Source: Paraspadella gotoi | Lineage: Eukaryota > Animalia > Chaetognatha | NCBI GenBank assembly: GCA_051294375.1 | Contig: CM119265.1 | Coordinates: 9,744,339-9,808,338, forward strand | DNA length: 64,000 nucleotides | Reading direction: 5' to 3' | In this document: positions 54,001 to 64,000 of the stretch, piece after piece | Numbering within the stretch: position 1 is the stretch's first letter | How the letters are laid out: each line of letters opens with the position of its first letter | Program-made: the position numbers and the translations under genes | The notes under the pieces: generated by a model | Told to the model about the DNA's origin: nothing | The model's input: the letters and a program-made list of their open reading frames with translations, nothing else | Database searches by the model: none

Positions 54001-55110
54001 AATTGTAAACAAACACTATATTATATTTTTTGATCTGTATTTTAATGAAGAATATTCTAATATTTTAAACTTTTTGAGAGTAATTCAAATCCAGCCTTAT
54101 AATTTACAACTTACTATTTTANNNNNNNNNNNNNNNNNNNNNNNNNNNNNNNNNNNNNNNNNNNNNNNNNNNNNNNNNNNNNNNNNNNNNNNNNNNNNNN
54201 NNNNNNNNNNNNNNNNNNNNNNNNNNNNNNNNNNNNNNNNNNNNNNNNNNNNNNNNNNNNNNNNNNNNNNNNNNNNNNNNNNNNNNNNNNNNNNNNNNNN
54301 NNNNNNNNNNNNNNNNNNNNNNNNNNNNNNNNNNNNNNNNNNNNNNNNNNNNNNNNNNNNNNNNNNNNNNNNNNNNNNNNNNNNNNNNNNNNNNNNNNNN
54401 NNNNNNNNNNNNNNNNNNNNNNNNNNNNNNNNNNNNNNNNNNNNNNNNNNNNNNNNNNNNNNNNNNNNNNNNNNNNNNNNNNNNNNNNNNNNNNNNNNNN
54501 NNNNNNNNNNNNNNNNNNNNNNCGTAATATAAAATATGGTAATAAAATATAATAAAATATAATACTCTATACGTAATCATCGAGGATCGAGGATCGATTT
54601 TAATAAACCTCTCTTCTCAGATTCGCGGCCAAATCTCCTTGCGACTACCGCGCCTCGGCGCCTTACGACATCCGGGGTCCGAGTTGCGGCGCCACCCCGG
54701 ACTGCACGGGCCGTAAGGACGGGACTTACCCGGACACGCTGCGGGAGTGTCGTTCCTTCTACCGCTGCGTCGACGGTCGCACGATCGACGTCAAGAAATG
54801 CGACTCCAGCGCCTCCATCGTCTTCCCGCGCGGATCCAAATTCAGCGCCCTCACCCAAAAGTGCGAGAACGCACTCGTCGTGCCTTACCCTTGCGGGCCC
54901 CAGCTGCCCAAGAACACGGCCGGGATCGTCTACTGCCCCAAGGACGCCCAGGGATGGTGGGCGGATCCGGCGGATTGTAAGGCTTATCATCTGTGCTACC
55001 ACAAGGGATCCCATCGGCGGTACGTCTGTCCGCCGGGGACCATCTGGAGTCAAGAGCGGACGGCTTGTGTTGTGCCCTCGGCGGCGGACAAGGCGCGGTG
55101 CGGACTGTGA
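51095..55110 (+). CDS. Secreted chitin-binding protein with four CBM14 (peritrophin-A/ChtBD2) domains; exons 51095-51287 (apparent 1-nt frameshift near 51130), 52550-52750, 53383-53952, 54621-55110
   Basis: Signal-peptide-like start MKSLTRLLLLAL. All three introns are GT-AG, phase 2. Domain 1: CRGKKNGYYSDTVNCEKFHYC..R|DFVKSCPAGSAWNGDRCDWKHKVRC. Domain 2: CPASG..EPAGCHKYVEC..ICRYPDYFDAVARTCRPYNTVDC. Domain 3: CTGRKDGTYPDTLRECRSFYRC..KC..FSALTQKCENALVVPYPC. Domain 4: CPKDAQGWWADPADCKAYHLC..CPPGTIWSQERTACV..C. Confidence 0.9.
53161..53236 (-). ncRNA. Twister ribozyme, circularly permuted type-P5 with essentially no P1
   Basis: Minus-strand RNA: AGCAGU UAAGA GG GA CGGG GCGCU U^AA CC A GC CUGUAAC-UCGGU-GUUACAG CCUGA-UCCGAAGC-UCAGG G ACUGCU. 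P5 AGCAGU/ACUGCU, P3 7 bp, P4 5 bp. L4 is UCCGAAGC; T1 UCCG pairs with the CGGG that follows the conserved GA; T2 is GC/GC. UAA cleavage motif is present. P2 has only 2 WC pairs. Confidence 0.75.
53239..53302 (-). mobile_element. tRNA(Gly-CCC)-like Pol III head (SINE/retrozyme-like), not a functional tRNA
   Basis: GCGGCCATTGGTGCCGGAGGCAAGTCATTCGCCTCCCAACCCAAAGGTCCGGGGTTCTAGCCGC. Contains an A-box-like TGGTGCCGGAGG, a TCGCCTCCCA anticodon region as in tRNA-Gly(CCC), a B-box-like GGTTCTAGCC, and GCGGC/GCCGC acceptor-like pairing. The 3' half of the T-stem is missing and the anticodon stem is imperfect. Confidence 0.65.
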
Positions 55111-55317
55111 AGAGAGATTGGGGGNNNNNNNNNNNNNNNNNNNNNNNNNNNNNNNNNNNNNNNNNNNNNNNNNNNNNNNNNNNNNNNNNNNNNNNNNNNN
55201 NNNNNNNNNNNNNNNNNNNNNNNNNNNNNNNNNNNNNNNNNNNNNNNNNNNNNNNNNNNNNNNNNNNNNNNNNNNNNNNNNNNNNNNNNNNNNAGAGAGA
55301 GAGAGAGAGAGAGAGAG

Positions 55318-60022
<4,705 letters not shown>

Positions 60023-60112
60023 ACAGAAAACGAGAATTGGTTTACGAAATGGTGAGATTCGAGGAGGAGAGAGAGAGAGAGAGAAGAGAGGAGAGAGGAG
60101 AGGCAGAGAGAG

Positions 60113-60144
<32 letters not shown>

Positions 60145-60148
60145 AGAA

Positions 60149-60186
<38 letters not shown>

Positions 60187-62790
60187 CATGTTCTCTATCT
60201 GTCTCTCTCTTGCTTCCATAATATTAGTTTTTAACTTTCTTTTTTAACTTTGAATATATGAAGCAAGCCTCTTGAAATTTTTTTTGACGGTTTATTGTAA
60301 TTTTGTATGTATTTAAAAATTGTGAATTGTGTATCTTTTTCCGCTGATTAAAATTGGGAAAGAGAATTTGTATAATTGTAGTTAAAATTAAAACGTTTCC
60401 TCTTTTCCTTAACGACAGTTTTCTCGATCATATTCGTGTTATCGTTGTACGATAATATATTGTCACTATTATTGTTATTGCTATTGAATATTGAAATAAA
60501 CTTTGGCCAAAAATATATTATACGTTTGACGCACAAAATAAAAAACCAACTAAAAAAAAAATCTCGATTTTCCGCGAATTTCGAATTTCTATCACGAAGG
60601 CAGATTCATTCGACCAGAAAATCGCCGCATGTGGAGCGAGAGAGAGAGAGAGAGTGAGAGAGAGAGAGCGCGCGCAAAATTTCAGCCGGAGCTGTTTTTC
60701 TTATTATTGCAATTCGATAATTTTTTCAGGGAATTACTTAAGAGAAAAAAAATTAGATACAAGTTTTTCCCTTTCCTTTTTCTCTTCTAAAATTTTCCTT
60801 TTCAACTGTTTTCTTTCTATCTTCCCCCTTTTTCAGTTCGTTCCTTTTAAATCCTTTCCTGCTTTCTTACTTTTAATCTTTCGCTTTTCTCCATTTTTCC
60901 ACACCCTTATTTTCTTCCTTTCCTCCTTTACCTCTTTCCTCCCATTCCTCCACGTTCTCTTTACACCCTTTTCCTTTCCTTTCCTTCATTCCTCTTCACT
61001 TTATCCCCTTTTTCCTTCCTTCCCCTTCCGACGTCGACTATTAAACGAGAGAATTAACTGCTACTGAGGCGAAATCCTTTCCACGCTTCGTGAAGGAGGG
61101 AGGAAAGAAAAGGAGAAAAGGAAGCTTAGGCTAAGGGGGGGGGGAAATATGAAATGAGAAGGATAGAAATTCACCAAGTTAAGAGTAAAAATCAGGGATG
61201 AAGGGAAAAGAAAGAAAAGATAACTGAAGGGAGGCGAGAAAATATTTAAAAAAAGCAAAAAAAGAGAAAAGCAAAAGGAAGATAGTAAAAAAAAATTAAC
61301 GTGATTGAACGAAGGATAGATTAATTGACAACGATAGGGGATGAAAGGGTTTATTTTGGAGCCACGGAGATTTTGAATGAATAAGAAAGTAAGGAGAAAA
61401 CAAGTGAGACATAGAGAACCAGATAGAGACAGAGTGGTTTGAAAAGAAGAAGGAGCAAATTAGGGAGAGGTTACATGATATTCGAGGTCGGCAGTGGAAG
61501 GAATTCCGGATGCTAATGGGGAAAAAAGTCAGAGGACGCGAGAGGAAAATCATGCGGACAGCCTTTAATAACATCTGGTTTAATGAAAGAAAGGGCGGGA
61601 GAGGAGAGACGAGACAGAGGAGAAGGAGACGAGCAGAGAGAACGAGAGAGAGAGAGAGAGTGAAAAGGCGTGAAGAATTGAGAAAAAATGTGTGCTGGGC
61701 AGAAAAAGGCAATTTCCATTGAAAGTGGATTTGAGTTTAAACCGCTTGGGTCTCGTGGTTTTCTGTCAGCCAATAAGACGTTACTCGCTGCGGAGAGGCA
61801 TGTGCTCCTGTGGAATTCTGTAGTGCTAGACGGAAGAGAACGCGAAGCTCATCGTACTCGGTTTGTGACTGTTCGGATTGATGAAAATAGGTTTAACTAT
61901 TAACCATTAACCAATGACCGTGAAGGATTGTTTTTCTAGTAACCGTGTTTATAAATACTCAAACCAAAAACAGTATTTACGAAAATCGTAAGAAAACGCG
62001 GTAGTAAAAGACTAGAAAACAGCTAAAGCAAGTAAAAAATAAACTAATAAAAGTTCAACAAAAGACACGTTTAAAATCCTCAATTTTTTTTAAACATTAA
62101 ATTCAATTTTATTAAAAAATTTTTTTTTATTAAGAACAAAAACGATATAAACGTGTAATTTCAATAAAAAAAGAACTAAAAAAAAACTAAAAAAACTAAA
62201 AAAAACTTAAAAAAAAAATAAAAAAACTACACTGATTAACAAAAAATTATAACAAAAAATATAAAAACATATAACACTACTAAAAAACAAAAACATTTAA
62301 AAACATTAAACGCAAAAAAAACACATTTAAACGTCAAAATATTGATAAACATTAAAAGAACATAAAAACATATATTAAAAGGTAAAAGGTAAAAGATAAA
62401 ACAAAAAGAAATCAAAACAAATCATCAAATTAAATGATGACGTCTCACTCTTTCTCGACAGTGTTAAAGATTTATATAAATTCCATTAATATTCTTTATT
62501 AACCGAAATAGCGTTGCAATGTACAAATTTTTTAGCTTAAATAAATGGTTTTTTAGTTTTTCAGCCGACTTTTTCAAGCACGTGCCTATACGAATGTAAA
62601 CCGAGGAAACCAAATTAACGCAACATAGTGCAAATGAGATTACGTTTAATTGTCTTAAGTTTAAGTTTTATCCGAGTTTCCTTTCTTTTTCATTAGTTAA
62701 AAAAATTAAAAAAAAAGAAAACTGCACGAGCTGCAGGTGGAAAGAGCGAATCGCGCATCGCATTAAAAAAAAGAGGAGAAAACGCTTTAA

Positions 62791-63770
62791 GGGGACCTCA
62801 GTGATAAAAATGATATTCATAAGCTTAAGGGGTCTATCCATCAAATGAATTGAAGTGGTGATTAGTTCATTATTAGAATTTTTATTATTGCACTGTGAAA
62901 GTTAGCAAAAAATTCTCTATCTCTTATTGCTAGCGGAAAACAAAAATTTAATAATTATGAAAAAGAAATTTAGTGTGAGCCCGTACCTAAATATTTAATA
63001 TAATTCATGTATTTTAATTTTTTGGGCAGATTGTAAAAAAGAAAGTATTTTTTGTACTAAATTCCAATCATTTTTCATTATTTTTACTGTACAAAGCTAT
63101 AGATTTTAGCCGTTTAAGCCTCAATTGAACAAAGAGGCTTTACGTAAGACTAATATTTTTATATTTTTATATTTACTTAAAAAAAAGCAGACAAATCAAA
63201 ACCTAAATTCTATTCTTACAGAAACAAAACTGTAATAATTATTAATTAATATTCATATTCATCCCTTAAATGTATAATTAAACTATTTTGATTCCTTATT
63301 ATAACAATTAAGAATTTAGCAAAAGTACACGAATCTTTCTTCTTTTTTTATATTTTATATTACTTCAAAGAGTTTTTATTTTTCATCCAATTAAACAGTC
63401 ACATCACTTTGAAAGAAGGTTATAATATCAAACGCATTGTCGGATACCTTAAAATTTTGATTCATTCTAGTTTTTTTTCTTTCAAATTTTTGTTTGTGAT
63501 AAAAGCTGAAAATCTTTTTTAAAATTAGACTCTTACCTTTTTTTGGAAAAAAAAATTTTTAAACTTGAAAAAAGATTCTTCTTCTTTACCGATTTTTAAA
63601 GAAAATTAAGTCTCTCGATCCTGATTTTAATTGCGAATTTTTTAACTACTTTCCAACCTGATGTATGTAAAAGAAAAACATTATATGAATCAGAACCAGC
63701 TTAATTACAAGGGAGTGCTCAACGTATGATGTATTTCAGCTTCTTTACCCCCCCTGTTCACTTGGTCCCC
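62791..63770. mobile_element. Putative non-autonomous Kolobok-like DNA transposon (TTAA TSD)
   Basis: TTAA|GGGGACCTCAGTGA ... TCACTTGGTCCCC|TTAA: an imperfect 13-14-bp TIR with TTAA on both sides and purine-purine termini. The interior is AT-rich and non-coding. Confidence 0.5.
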
Positions 63771-64000
63771 TTAAGCGAAATTAAAAAGTCAACAGTTTTC
63801 TCTTTTTCCTCCTAAAAATAAAATTCTCTCTCTCTTCATTTAAAGCCGTTTAAGGGTTCTCTTCTTCCCTGCTAGAAAGGAAAGCCATTTAACAGGTTTT
63901 TTGTATCCTTCCACGCAGCAGTTCAATAAGACAATGCGAAAAACCTTTCGAATTCCCTGCTAACAAGAAAAGCCATTTACCAGCTTTCTGTCGATTTCTT

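Noticed and set aside
61688-61903. Moderately GC-rich 71-aa ORF
   Set aside because: No recognisable motif or convincing splice signals.

Overview
Eukaryotic (animal, probably invertebrate) genomic DNA: AT-rich, full of microsatellites ((GA)n, (AAT)n, (TTTC)n, (TTCG)n), with N-gaps and some error-rich stretches that look like gap fill. Most ORFs in the track are microsatellite artefacts. Four spliced + strand genes can be reconstructed by hand. (1) A complete 3-exon glutamine synthetase II (1551-3455). (2) A 5-exon, ~726-aa protein with a long disordered N-terminus and a C-terminal KIAA1614-like PDZ domain (17822-23384). (3) The 5' part of a type II single-pass membrane protein (41133-42498+). 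(4) A secreted protein with four CBM14/peritrophin-A chitin-binding domains and an Asn/Trp-rich linker (51095-55110). Mobile DNA includes a 2-kb near-palindromic hAT-type element with an exact 8-bp TSD, a Helentron/HINE-like element, a MITE family carrying telomere-like repeats and a TTAA-flanked Kolobok-like element. The most striking signal is RNA. An intron carries an antisense unit made of a tRNA(Gly)-like Pol III head followed 2 nt later by a circularly permuted (type-P5) twister ribozyme fold with a compensatory pseudoknot change (53161-53302, minus strand). A Penelope-type minimal hammerhead lies in another intron (41887-41928). Two multi-kb tandem duplications are probably assembly artefacts. 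All calls were made by eye; nothing was computed or searched.
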